Below, piece after piece: positions 1 through 9,277 of a DNA stretch of 64,000 nucleotides. Within the stretch, counting starts at the first letter, position 1; each line of letters opens with the position of its first letter. A program made the translations under genes and the position numbers. The notes under the pieces were generated by a model. It had not been told where the DNA came from. It worked only from the letters and a program-made list of their open reading frames with translations, and did no database searches. Source of the stretch: Gammaproteobacteria bacterium (GTDB lineage: Bacteria > Pseudomonadota > Gammaproteobacteria > Eutrophobiales > Eutrophobiaceae); the NCBI GenBank assembly GCA_965221695.1, contig OZ244905.1, positions 480,001 to 544,000 of the forward strand. Reading direction: 5' to 3'.

Positions 1-842
1 AGGGTCAGTACGCCGTTGATGTTGCCCAAGGCCTTGATAATATCGGCGCGGGCGACGACGATACCGGTACGTGTCGCCGGCAGCCCCAGTTTGGACAGGC
101 TCATCGACAGGATGATGTTTTCATTCCAGATCAATTCCACCTCAGTGAAGATGATGCTCGGAAACGGCATGCCGTAGGCATTGTCGATAATCAGCGGTAT
201 GTTGCGGTCCGCGGAGAGTTCGATCAACCTGGCTACCTCCTGGTCTGTCAATACGTTGCCGGTAGGGTTGGTGGGTCGCGATACGCAGATCGCGCCGATC
301 GAATCATCCACAGTCAAATGATCAAAATCCACGTGGTACTTGAAAGTGCGATCCGGAAATTTATCGATTGTCGGCCGGTATGCGGTAAAAACACCATCCG
401 CAAGACCTACATCTCCATAACCGATATACTCCGGCGCCATAGGCAACAGGATTTTCCTGGCGCGGCCATCATCAAACTCGCCGGCGAACATGTTGAACAT
501 CAGGAAAAAGGCCGACTGGCTGCCGTTGGTCAGCGCGACATTCTCCGCAGTCAATCCCCAACCGTATGTGCGGTTCAGCAGGTCTGCCAATGCTTCCAGG
601 AATTTCATGCTGCCACGGGGCGGGTCGTAATCACCCACAACCCGGGCAAACTCACCGGGCTGGTCCAGTATCTGCTGCATCCGCTCCCGGAAGAATGACT
701 GCACTTCGGGGATATGGGCCGGGTTTCCGCCGCCGAGCATGAGCGCTTCCTGCTCCCCGGCCATTGCCTCGCCCATGTCATCCATTAGCATGACGATGCC
801 TGAATGCTCTGAAAATCGTTGTGCAAATTTCGATAAATTCAT
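1..842 (-). CDS. avtA: Valine--pyruvate aminotransferase (3' end runs off the window)
   Basis: Absent from the ORF track. Manual translation from ATG at 842 gives MNLSKFAQRFSEHSGIVMLMDDMGEAM...MLGGGNPAHIP, and near the window edge the PLP-lysine motif SLSKLGLPATRTG. Both match AvtA. Confidence 0.9.
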   Translation of the reverse strand, partial: MNLSKFAQRFSEHSGIVMLMDDMGEAMAGEQEALMLGGGNPAHIPEVQSFFRERMQQILDQPGEFARVVGDYDPPRGSMKFLEALADLLNRTYGWGLTAENVALTNGSQSAFFLMFNMFAGEFDDGRARKILLPMAPEYIGYGDVGLADGVFTAYRPTIDKFPDRTFKYHVDFDHLTVDDSIGAICVSRPTNPTGNVLTDQEVARLIELSADRNIPLIIDNAYGMPFPSIIFTEVELIWNENIILSMSLSKLGLPATRTGIVVARADIIKALGNINGVLT

Positions 843-952
843 GGATTTTTTATTATTAACATGGATGTACAGGATTAATAGTTTTTATTTATGTGTGAAC
901 TGTGGTCTTTATGGTTCATATTATTGTTTATCAGAATATGAATCATCTGCGA

Positions 953-2122
953 TTATTCTGTGTCATCTACGGATGTTTTTATGGTCTGCCCGATGTTTAT
1001 CAGCCGGATGACCCGCTCGGATGCGTTGGCGATATAGTCTCGTGAATTTGTCAGCGCATAGTCCAGGCTCATGTCCCTGGCAATGGCAGGTTCAAGGCCG
1101 CTGATACCGTGGTTGAAGACTTCCCTTGCGTCATCCGCGAGTCCTCCGCCGATGGCTACCACCGGCACGCCGTATTCGTCGGCAAATCGTGCGACTCCCG
1201 CCGGCGTCTTGCCGAACGCGGTCTGGAAGTCCACCCTGCCCTCGCCGGTCAGCACCAGATCGGCGTTGCGCAGGTGTTTTTCTATCGAGGTAGCCTTGCA
1301 GATGATCTCGATGCCTCGCTGCAGTTCAGCGCCGGCAAACACCAGCAACCCGGCGCCCATGCCGCCTGCCGCGCCGGCGCCCGGGATCGGATCCACATCT
1401 ATTCCCAGTTCTCGTTCAATCACCCCGGCCAGGTGTTTCAGGTTGTCGTCCAGGGTCTCCACCATGGCCGCATCCGCGCCTTTCTGTGGCGCGAACACCC
1501 GGGCGGCGCCGTTTTCACCCGTCAACGGATTTTCCACGTCGCAGGCGACCAGTATTTGCGCTTGCCGCAGTGCGGGGTGAAGCCCGTCCAGGTCCACGGA
1601 CTCGATCCTGTGCAGCATCCCGCCGGCGCCGTCTTGCGTGATAATGCGCCCGTCCGCGTCGCGGAAGACGACTCCCAGCGCCTGCGCCATGCCGGTTCCG
1701 CCATCGTTGGTGGCCGAACCGCCGATCCCCAGTATGATCTTCCGTGCCCCCCTGTCAAGCGCATCACGGATCAACTCCCCGGTGCCGTATGATGTCGTCT
1801 GCAACGGATTCCTGCCGCTGCCTTGCGCCAGGGCCAGCCCGGATGCCGCCGCCATTTCGATGACCGCAGTGTTACCGGTCGCCAGCATGCCGTATTCGGC
1901 CTCAACTGTTTGCCCTGAAGGCCCCTTGACGTTGCAGGAGATCAGATCTCCGCCCACCGCATCGAGCAGCGATTGCACGGTGCCCTCTCCGCCGTCGGCC
2001 ATGGGTATCCTGATGCAATCCGCATCCGGCAGCACTCTTCTGATACCGGCCTCCATAGCCTCGGCAACCTCCATAGACGTCAGGCTGCCCTTGAATGAAT
2101 CGGGCGCAAGAATTATTTTCAT
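953..2122 (-). CDS. glxK: Glycerate kinase (GlxK/GarK family)
   Basis: MKIILAPDSFKGSL, PMADGGEGT, GIGGSATNDGG, GAGAAGG and TGEGRVDFQT motifs. Confidence 0.95.
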   Translation of the reverse strand: MKIILAPDSFKGSLTSMEVAEAMEAGIRRVLPDADCIRIPMADGGEGTVQSLLDAVGGDLISCNVKGPSGQTVEAEYGMLATGNTAVIEMAAASGLALAQGSGRNPLQTTSYGTGELIRDALDRGARKIILGIGGSATNDGGTGMAQALGVVFRDADGRIITQDGAGGMLHRIESVDLDGLHPALRQAQILVACDVENPLTGENGAARVFAPQKGADAAMVETLDDNLKHLAGVIERELGIDVDPIPGAGAAGGMGAGLLVFAGAELQRGIEIICKATSIEKHLRNADLVLTGEGRVDFQTAFGKTPAGVARFADEYGVPVVAIGGGLADDAREVFNHGISGLEPAIARDMSLDYALTNSRDYIANASERVIRLINIGQTIKTSVDDTE

Positions 2123-2130
2123 AGGGTTCG

Positions 2131-2583
2131 TTAATATACCTGGTAGGTGACGCGGTCCCCGACCGCGATATCCTGTTTACGCACCTGCCCTGCGTTCAAC
2201 TCCAGTACAGCCATCACCTTGCCGTCGGAGGGCATCACGGAAGTGGATTCCGTCGGGGCATTCTCAACGATCTTGACGATAAGCCCGTTGCTGTCGATAT
2301 AGATTATATCAAGCGGGATAAACGTATTCTTCATCCAGATATTCATACGCTGGGGTGTTTCGTTCAGTAATAACATGCCCTGGTTCTCAGGCATTGACGC
2401 CCGGTACATCAGCCCGATCCGTTTCAGGTCGTTGGTATCGGCCACCTCAATCCGGTAAGCAATCTCGCGGAACTTGGTCGCGATCGTCACCGAACCGGTC
2501 TTGAATTCGGTCTGAGCGATACATCCTGTGGTAGTAAATAACAGCAGCACAAGGAAACTGCTTCTACGATAAATTCCAAGCAT
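2131..2583 (-). CDS. DUF192 family exported protein
   Basis: EVADT...GLMYR...GML...WMKNTFIPLDIIYI...VLELNAG signature and a hydrophobic N-terminus. ATG at 2583 preferred over TTG at 2607. Confidence 0.85.
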   Translation of the reverse strand: MLGIYRRSSFLVLLLFTTTGCIAQTEFKTGSVTIATKFREIAYRIEVADTNDLKRIGLMYRASMPENQGMLLLNETPQRMNIWMKNTFIPLDIIYIDSNGLIVKIVENAPTESTSVMPSDGKVMAVLELNAGQVRKQDIAVGDRVTYQVY

Positions 2584-2643
2584 GAATGGGCCTGTTTGTT
2601 TCTGCAATCAGTAGTTTAGTCTGAAATTGTCCGCCAGCGCCTA

Positions 2644-2730
2644 CCATTCCCGCGAAAGCGGGAATCCAGTAGACAACAAGTCTCCCTATAATGAAGAGTT
2701 GCTTACTGGATTCCCGTAGAAGAGAATGGC
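2644..2730. repeat. dRS3/RPE-like palindromic repeat (ATTCCCGCGAAAGCGGGAAT) with a degenerate inverted partner
   Basis: CCATTCCCGCGAAAGCGGGAATCCAGT at 2644 and CTGGATTCCCG...GAATGG at ~2706-2730. The same core recurs at 4135. Confidence 0.8.
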
Positions 2731-2742
2731 AGCGACCCTGCT

Positions 2743-3210
2743 TCAACCAATATTCTTATTGTCCTCTTCGGTTTTCGTTTCCATACTGTAGCCGCTGTCC
2801 TGCCGGTTCAGGTTGACCGCGTGCTTTTGGCAGTAAATGTCATACACTTTTTCCGGTGTGAGACCCGAGCAGATCAGTGCGGAGACCAGAAAATGTAAAA
2901 TGTCGATCAATTCGACCCGGATGTTCTGTATATCGATCTCATCCTTGCTCCACCATTTCCACAGCAGTTCCTCGTCAAGCTCCAGTATCTCCTCGCGCAT
3001 TGCCCTGGAATAGTTGGACAGCCAGACATTGGGCAAGTCATTCACTCTCAGCTCACCCCGGCTGGCGCCGGCAAAAACAGTGTCCATGGTCAGCGGGTTC
3101 CCTGACATATCCTTCAGGCTGTTCTTCTTGAAAACATAATCGTTCAAATCCGATTGCATCGAAAAAATGCGCTTCAACATGTCGTTTTCAGCAGGGGTTT
3201 CGCCAGTCAT
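2743..3210 (-). CDS. Dimeric all-alpha dUTPase-family nucleotide pyrophosphatase
   Basis: Q..LN, EILEL..E..WKWW, ELIDILHF and K..VNLNRQ..GY motifs of dimeric dUTPases. Confidence 0.8.
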   Translation of the reverse strand: MTGETPAENDMLKRIFSMQSDLNDYVFKKNSLKDMSGNPLTMDTVFAGASRGELRVNDLPNVWLSNYSRAMREEILELDEELLWKWWSKDEIDIQNIRVELIDILHFLVSALICSGLTPEKVYDIYCQKHAVNLNRQDSGYSMETKTEEDNKNIG

Positions 3211-3325
3211 TGCAGGAGTCCTAGGTTTTTGTCGGTACGTCTGTTCCGGGATACGCTATAATGCCGTTTCCTGTTAATCCCGTTATTATTGCTTTTTTAG
3301 CCAGCGCCGTACACACTTTATCGCG

Positions 3326-3982
3326 ATGGATATCGAATTAATAAGCTTTGACCTGTGCCCATTTGTACAGCGTTCCGTTATTACCCTGCTGGAAAAGAAC
3401 ATCGCGTTCAAACGCACCAACATCGACCTGGCGGACAAGCCGGATTGGTTTTTACAAATCTCGCCCTTAGGAAAGGTGCCGGTGCTGCGAATTGACGGCA
3501 ACATCCTGTTCGAATCGGCGGTCATCAACGAATATCTCGATGAGATCACCCCGCCATCCATGCACCCCCGGGACCCGCTGCAAAAAGCCCTGAACCGGGC
3601 CTGGATCGAATTCGGCACGGAACTGTCCAACCTGTCCTTTCGGATGCTGATTACCCAGGACAACAAGGTAGTGGAGGATTCCCTGCAGGCATTGCGGGAC
3701 AAATTCGAATTCCTGGACAGGAACCTTAACGCAGCCCCGTTCTTCAACGGTACGGACTTCTCGCTCATCGAAGCGGCTTACGCGCCGGTGTTCATCCGCA
3801 TCGAATACCTGTTGAAGCAGGTGATCGCGGACGTAATCCCGCCACACTGCAGCCGCGTCCTGACCTGGAGCGACGCCATCCTGGCGCGCCCGTCAGTGCA
3901 GGGTAGTATCATAGACCGCTTCACTGAACTGGCCAATGAACGCTTCAAAAAACGGGGCGGCATCCTGCTGCAAAACCTGTAA
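3326..3982 (+). CDS. Glutathione S-transferase family protein
   Basis: SFDLCPFVQR, KPDWFLQISPLGKVPVL and FESAVINEYLDE motifs. Confidence 0.93.
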   Translation: MDIELISFDLCPFVQRSVITLLEKNIAFKRTNIDLADKPDWFLQISPLGKVPVLRIDGNILFESAVINEYLDEITPPSMHPRDPLQKALNRAWIEFGTELSNLSFRMLITQDNKVVEDSLQALRDKFEFLDRNLNAAPFFNGTDFSLIEAAYAPVFIRIEYLLKQVIADVIPPHCSRVLTWSDAILARPSVQGSIIDRFTELANERFKKRGGILLQNL

Positions 3983-4016
3983 GTAATTCAGAATCGCCTT
4001 TCAGGCGACACAGAAT

Positions 4017-4051
4017 TTAAGGAACCTCTGATTAAGTCAGAGCTTCCTTAA
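4017..4051. mobile_element. Mini-MITE (terminal hairpin only) of the GGAACCTCTGA family
   Basis: TTAAGGAACCTCTGATTAAGTCAGAGCTTCCTTAA: imperfect palindrome bounded by TTAA. Confidence 0.75.
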
Positions 4052-4245
4052 CTGAACTCCCGCTTTTCAGCCTGCCCCTGTATGGCGTTGTGCAGGGGGG
4101 GTACGGTGGCAGTGTTCACAGAAGCTCCCCCTTCCCATTCCCGCGAAAGCGGGAATCCAGTGAAACAAAGGGTCGCCCGCCGGGCGACACAGTATTTCAC
4201 TGAACTCCCGCTTTTCAGCCTACCCCTGTATCGCGTTGAGCAGGG
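4052..4245. repeat. ~45-bp direct repeats flanking a dRS3-like palindrome
   Basis: CTGAACTCCCGCTTTTCAGCCT(G/A)CCCCTGTAT(G/C)GCGTTG(T/A)GCAGGG at 4052 and 4200, with ATTCCCGCGAAAGCGGGAAT at 4137-4156 between them. Confidence 0.8.
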
Positions 4246-4306
4246 ACGGGAGTGGTTCGGAAAATGCCCTGACCTGCGCTAACCTGATTATCAGCGGATT
4301 GTTATT

Positions 4307-5530
4307 TCACTCATGTTTTTGCAATACCACGCGATAGCATTGCAGCTTATTGCGCAGAAAACAGTGCGCCGAGCCCCATAGGTACAGGCGGAAGCGGCGG
4401 TAGTCGGCTGCGCCGAATTTGTCGATGATGAAATCCCGGTTGGAGTCGAAACGCTGCGCCCAGTGGACAAACGTCAGGTAATAACTGTAGCGGTCATCCC
4501 AGACCCCCTTCAGGTGAAACGGCTTCGAGGTCAGCGATTTCAGAAAATCGTGCAGCGCAAAGAAAGTATGGTTACCGGGATAGATGTGCTGCGTAATAAA
4601 CGATGACTTCTCATGTTTACGCAGTTCCGCGCTGGCATCCAGGAACACGTAACCGCCGGGCTTGAGTAGCCGGTCAAAACAGGCAAGCACCTCGTCGTAG
4701 TTGGGCAGGTGCTCCATTACGCCGAGGATGGCAATCGCATCAAACTGTGTGCCCGGTTCGTATTCGAGGATGTCGACCAGTTCAGTCGTGATCGGCAGGT
4801 TTTCCCGCGCGCTGAGTTCCTGCATGAATTTAAGGGACTGCTGTGCAATGGTAACACCGGTAACCTTGATACCCCTGCGGGCCGCGTATTCCGCAAACGA
4901 ACCCCAGCCCACACCCACATCCAACACTTCACTGCCGGGCGTCATCCTGCATTGTTCGGCGATAAAATCCATTTTCCGGCGTATCGCATCGGACAGCGGC
5001 TCATCGGGCGTTTCGAACACGCCCTGTGTGTAACAGCGGAATTCCTCGTCCAGAAACGCGAGATAAAACGAATGGTCGCGCTCATAGTGTGTGCTGATCG
5101 CGGATTTGTTGACCGAGACCTGGCCCAGCAGCAAAGGGGCCAGGAAACGCCAGAGCGACATGAACAGGTGGCGATCCTGCAGCGATTCGCGCAGGTCATA
5201 GACTTCAATCATATCTCCCTGGAAGTCGAACCAGCCATTGATATAGGCATTGGCGATAATGCCTTCATCAAACGACGCAATCGCACGAATACCTTTAGGA
5301 TCGGAAATCTTCAGTTTGAAACGGGGCGAACCCGAACCAAGCCGATGTTCACTGCCGTCAAGCGTGACCACATCGAAACAAACCCCGCTATCATGGAAGC
5401 GCCGGGACATCAGCTCGACAAGGCGCGCTTCTTTACGCTGCAGCGACTTGGTTATCTTCCAGCCCGAAGCGCCCGCCCCCGCCTGAACTTCTTGAGGGTC
5501 ACCGGCAGTATCATCTACAATAGACGCCAT
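4307..5530 (-). CDS. Cyclopropane-fatty-acyl-phospholipid synthase-like SAM methyltransferase
   Basis: AISTHYE, VLDVGVGWGS, GVMEH, FITQHIYPG and RRFRLYL motifs of the Cfa/CMAS family. Confidence 0.85.
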   Translation of the reverse strand: MASIVDDTAGDPQEVQAGAGASGWKITKSLQRKEARLVELMSRRFHDSGVCFDVVTLDGSEHRLGSGSPRFKLKISDPKGIRAIASFDEGIIANAYINGWFDFQGDMIEVYDLRESLQDRHLFMSLWRFLAPLLLGQVSVNKSAISTHYERDHSFYLAFLDEEFRCYTQGVFETPDEPLSDAIRRKMDFIAEQCRMTPGSEVLDVGVGWGSFAEYAARRGIKVTGVTIAQQSLKFMQELSARENLPITTELVDILEYEPGTQFDAIAILGVMEHLPNYDEVLACFDRLLKPGGYVFLDASAELRKHEKSSFITQHIYPGNHTFFALHDFLKSLTSKPFHLKGVWDDRYSYYLTFVHWAQRFDSNRDFIIDKFGAADYRRFRLYLWGSAHCFLRNKLQCYRVVLQKHE

Positions 5531-5634
5531 TGTTCACCACATATCACGTTGTAATAAGGAAATATCGTACATTAGGTTATTTTAAACCAGGCAATATGAC
5601 AACCCCCACAGGCAATTCGGCTTGAGTTTTGTCC

Positions 5635-6345
5635 ATGACCGAACGCCAGCATAACATCGACCCGGACGAGGTTGAAAAATTCGAACGTCTTTCCCGTGAC
5701 TGGTGGGACGCCGCAGGTCCGATGAAAACCCTGCACGATATCAACCCGGTGCGCCTGGCCTATATCAGCGACAACGTGTCGTTGGACGGCAGGCGCGTAC
5801 TGGATGTCGGCTGCGGTGGCGGTATTCTGACGGAGTCGCTGGCGCGGGCCGGCGCAAGCGTATGCGGGCTGGATGCCGGGGCAGAAGTTATCCGCATAGC
5901 TGCCCGGCATGCACAGGAAAACGGCCTGGAGATAGAATACACCAGCGCAAGCCTGGAACAGTTTGCCGCGGACACTGCCGGCAGTTTCGATGTGCTTACC
6001 TGCATGGAACTGCTGGAGCATGTGCCGGATCCCGCGCAACTGCTGCGCGCCTGCGCCCGTGTACTGGCTCCCGGCGGCCACCTGTTCCTGGCAACCATCA
6101 ACCGCAACTTGAAGTCCTATCTTGGCGCGATCATCGGCGCCGAGCGGCTGTTCAGGCTGCTGCCGAAGGGCACCCATGACTATGCCGGTTTCATTCGCCC
6201 GTCGGAACTGAAACGCTGGCTACAGAACGCCGGCTTCGAGGCGCTTGACATCAGAGGCATGCTCTACATCCCCGGCCTCAGGTACTGTGCGCTTATCGAC
6301 GATCCGGGCATCAACTACCTGCTCCACGCACGCCTGGCGAACTGA
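5635..6345 (+). CDS. ubiG: Ubiquinone biosynthesis O-methyltransferase
   Basis: NIDPDEVEKF...WWD...LHDINPVRL, VLDVGCGGGIL, CMELLEHVPDP, LPKGTHDY. Confidence 0.96.
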   Translation: MTERQHNIDPDEVEKFERLSRDWWDAAGPMKTLHDINPVRLAYISDNVSLDGRRVLDVGCGGGILTESLARAGASVCGLDAGAEVIRIAARHAQENGLEIEYTSASLEQFAADTAGSFDVLTCMELLEHVPDPAQLLRACARVLAPGGHLFLATINRNLKSYLGAIIGAERLFRLLPKGTHDYAGFIRPSELKRWLQNAGFEALDIRGMLYIPGLRYCALIDDPGINYLLHARLAN

Positions 6346-6378
6346 TCAATATCTAGCGCCAGGCCAATCGATACAAGC

Positions 6379-7050
6379 ATGCGCAACAATATAGCTAACG
6401 TTCTGTTCGACCTGGACGGAACCCTGGTGGACACCGCCCCTGACCTGGCCTCGGCGCTGAACCAGACCCTTGTCCAGCACGCGAAAGAGCCGCTGCCCTT
6501 CGAAAGAATACGTCCTAGCGTTTCCCTGGGCGGCGCCGCGTTGGTGAAACTCGGGTTCGGTCTGGATGAGAACGACCCGGACTTCATTCCGATGCGCGAT
6601 GAGTTTCTGGGAATCTACCGGGATAACCTCAGCACGCACAGCCGCCTGTTTCCCGGTATGGAACGGGTGCTGGACAGGCTTGAGCAAACCGGGATGCCCT
6701 GGGGCATCGTCACCAACAAACCCGCGTGGCTGACCGATCCGCTGACGCAAGCGCTGCAATTGGACTCGCGTACCCCATGTATCGTCTCCGGCGACACTGT
6801 GGAACATCGCAAACCGCACCCTGCCCCACTGCTTCATGCGTGTAAACTGCTGCAGTGTGAACCGCACGCAAGCGTGTACATAGGCGACGACCGGCGCGAT
6901 ATCAGCGCGGGCACAAGCGCCGGCATGGCGACCCTGGTGGCTTCCTACGGCTACATTGCTACCAACGAGCAACCTGAGAACTGGGGCGCAGACGGTTTCA
7001 TCGACAACCCGGAAGACATTTTGGACTGGCTCAGAGTCGGCGGCAGATGA
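6379..7050 (+). CDS. gph: HAD phosphatase (phosphoglycolate phosphatase/MupP-like)
   Basis: FDLDGTLVDTAPD, VTNKP, KPHPAP and GDDRRDI motifs. Conserved position after ubiG. Confidence 0.88.
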   Translation: MRNNIANVLFDLDGTLVDTAPDLASALNQTLVQHAKEPLPFERIRPSVSLGGAALVKLGFGLDENDPDFIPMRDEFLGIYRDNLSTHSRLFPGMERVLDRLEQTGMPWGIVTNKPAWLTDPLTQALQLDSRTPCIVSGDTVEHRKPHPAPLLHACKLLQCEPHASVYIGDDRRDISAGTSAGMATLVASYGYIATNEQPENWGADGFIDNPEDILDWLRVGGR

Positions 7051-7889
7051 CCCCGGAAGCGTACTGCCGCAATAAAGCCGCGCCTGATGGCTCCAACCTG
7101 TATTACGCCACCCTGTATCACGACGCGCAGACCCGGCGCATAGTGCATGCATTGTTTGCGTTCCTGCATGAGTTGAATGAAGCAGTTTATGAGTCATCGG
7201 ACCCCGGCGCGGCACGCGTTACCCTTTCCTGGTGGTTCGAGGAAATCGGCAGGCTGTTCACCGGCACGGCAAGACACCCGGTTACCCTGGAGTTGTCCCA
7301 ACTTGAACATACGGGGTTCCTGTCACAACAGGAAATGCTGGGCTGTATTGCGACGATGGCGCGGTTTCTCGATACGCCGGAGAGTGGTCCGTATCAGGAC
7401 TGGTTGGCGCAACATGAAGCCGCCGCCGGTTATATCTGGAATTCGGCGTGCCTGGCCTGCGGTTGCACACAGCGGGACAGTCTGATAACCCTGGCCGGCG
7501 CCTGCCACGGCGCATTCGAACTGCTGCACCATACCCGGCATTTCGCAGGACTGGGCCTGAACGTACTGCCGTCCGACCTGCTCGCGCAGCACAGCCTGGA
7601 CCCAGATAGCATTATGCAGCCGAATGCCGGTGCGGCCGTATCAGCCTTGTTTGCCGACCTGTTCAAGCGACTGGGAAACGACATACGAAACTGCCTGACC
7701 TCCCTGCAGGAAAACGGCGCAGGCGCACCACTGTTCTCTGTCACCCTGCTGAAAATCCTGGACGCGCTGTGCCGTGAATACCGCACTGCTCGTGAACCAA
7801 TCACCCACCACCGCATCGCGCTGACCCCCATCCGGAAACTCTGGATCGCATGGAGGACTGCCCGGCAATTGAGCAGTTCACGTAAGTAG
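7047..7889 (+). CDS. Squalene/phytoene synthase family protein (HpnD-like, divergent)
   Basis: MTPEAYCRNKAAPDGSNLYYA, WWFEEI...HPV and RIALTPIRKLWIAW match HpnD-like proteins. The Asp-rich motifs are degenerate. Confidence 0.75.
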   Translation: MTPEAYCRNKAAPDGSNLYYATLYHDAQTRRIVHALFAFLHELNEAVYESSDPGAARVTLSWWFEEIGRLFTGTARHPVTLELSQLEHTGFLSQQEMLGCIATMARFLDTPESGPYQDWLAQHEAAAGYIWNSACLACGCTQRDSLITLAGACHGAFELLHHTRHFAGLGLNVLPSDLLAQHSLDPDSIMQPNAGAAVSALFADLFKRLGNDIRNCLTSLQENGAGAPLFSVTLLKILDALCREYRTAREPITHHRIALTPIRKLWIAWRTARQLSSSRK

Positions 7890-8032
7890 CAGCAGATAGT
7901 CCACCATTGCCATTATTATGATCGGTAAAATAACAAGCATTCTATAATTTCCAGATTTTTTGACAACAGTCAAAAATTATTGCAAGAATTTTTGACACCT
8001 ATCCAAAAATGCGGAATACCGGCAGATATCGG

Positions 8033-8111
8033 CATCAGGGAACAAGGACTATGTCACTAAAGAAGGCATTCGCGTCGCGCCGGCGATGGAACTGCTCACA
8101 ACATTAAAATA
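8033..8111 (+). pseudogene. Possible C-terminal relic of a DUF4143-type AAA ATPase gene
   Basis: Translates ...GNKDYVTKEGIRVAPAMELLTTLK* with no upstream gene body. Family resemblance recalled by eye only. Confidence 0.3.
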
Positions 8112-8160
8112 AGGGATTTATCCCGCATTTCTCCTTTAGGCCGGTTTATCTCTCATATAG

Positions 8161-8412
8161 TCAACTCTTCTTTAACTTCCTTTGAATAGATACCTGTTTC
8201 TTGACTGAAAAATTGAATAGGCTATTGATCTTCTGTTTATCTTCATATGAGATAGGATGCATATAAATATAGTGAGATACAATATCCCTCAAAATATAAA
8301 CGGCTTGTTCATTATTGTCATCTATCAAATCGCGGCACAGGCGCTTTATTTTTTCTAGATTTAGCTGTTTTGTATACCAAGCATGAATCGACAAATTAAT
8401 GAGATTGTCTAA
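8161..8412 (-). pseudogene. AT-rich C-terminal gene relic (large helical/NTPase-like protein end)
   Basis: ...LINLSIHAWYTKQLNLEKIKRL...HYIYMHPISYEDKQKINSLF...* is protein-like, has no credible start and ends upstream at short TGTCTAACCAT repeats. Confidence 0.45.
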
Positions 8413-8535
8413 CCATCCGAACCATCTGTCTAACCATTTGCGGGCCGACTAACTATTTGTTTCCACACTCATACACCCACATCAGGGCAGCCGAAGGTCA
8501 AGACTACGACACGCGCCACCTATGACAAGAACATT

Positions 8536-8919
8536 TTAGTTCCCAAAGGCGATTCGTTCGACGTTTTCGACGAAGTCGAAGTGGTAATCATTACTTAACA
8601 CAGGGAAATTATGCTGGCGCGAGAGAGCAGCGATCCAGGTGTCATTGGATGGGATAGGTTTACCTGAGCGTTTCAATTCCAAGCGAATGTCAGCGTATAT
8701 GCCAGCGGTTACTTGAGTGACTGTTATGATTTCTGTTAATGCAAGAAAACGGTCAAGCCAGTCTTCGTAGCGGCGGCGATAGCGCGACTGGCGAATGCCG
8801 AAATAGTATTCGCCCAGAACGATACTGGGGACGAGAAGCCGCTCGGCGGACCGCAAACATGTCTCAACCTTTGCTGATCCCTCCGCCCAGGCTGACAAGG
8901 CGTTGGTATCGAGAATCAT
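8536..8919 (-). CDS. vapC: PIN-domain toxin VapC
   Basis: MILDTNALS, IVLGEY, GKPIPSNDTWIAA and SND.HF motifs. Confidence 0.93.
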   Translation of the reverse strand: MILDTNALSAWAEGSAKVETCLRSAERLLVPSIVLGEYYFGIRQSRYRRRYEDWLDRFLALTEIITVTQVTAGIYADIRLELKRSGKPIPSNDTWIAALSRQHNFPVLSNDYHFDFVENVERIAFGN

Positions 8920-9182
8920 TCAGCATCTTCGGACGATAGAGTTCCAAATTCCTCTTCGATTGCGTCCAGCACCCGGCGGTTTTCGCTTGCCAAATCAGAC
9001 AACGCGCCGAAACCGGCCATCCAAGGAGGGTCTGTATCATGAGTGGCCGGCTGCCCTGTGCTACGTTGCAGTTTTTCCTCCAGTGCCTCTGTAAAGAATT
9101 GTTTCAAGGTCCTGCCTTGAGCAGCAGCAAGAGCTCTGGCCTGTTGAAGTGCAGGGTCAGGAAGTTCGATAGTCGTTTTCAT
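8916..9182 (-). CDS. vapB: VapB-like antitoxin
   Basis: MKTTIELPD...A...G.TLKQF..EALEEKL ribbon-helix-helix-like N-terminus. 4-bp overlap with vapC. Confidence 0.85.
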   Translation of the reverse strand: MKTTIELPDPALQQARALAAAQGRTLKQFFTEALEEKLQRSTGQPATHDTDPPWMAGFGALSDLASENRRVLDAIEEEFGTLSSEDAE

Positions 9183-9244
9183 AACATCTCATCTATTTCT
9201 CAAGCTGGACATAATACTCGTCAAAATGACGTAATATCAAGTTT

Positions 9245-9277
9245 TGCGTATTCCGGCGAACGTGAACGCTGATTCCG
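9245..9277 (+). mobile_element. Solo IS21-family-like terminal inverted repeat
   Basis: TGCGTATTCCGGCGAACGTGAACGCTGATTCCG resembles IS21/IS408-type ends (5'-TG, repeated ATTCCG). No istAB in the window. Confidence 0.6.

Noticed and set aside
318-698. 126-aa plus-strand ORF and 739-1011 ORF
   Set aside because: Shadows of avtA on the opposite strand; no recognisable motifs.
2564-2746. 60-aa ORF containing WIPAFAGM
   Set aside because: The peptide is simply the translation of the dRS3/RPE-like palindrome.
8450-8520. Possible tRNA 3'-end/att remnant (CTCATA...CCGAAGGTC...CGCCACC)
   Set aside because: No T-arm GTTCRA and no cloverleaf; too degenerate to call.
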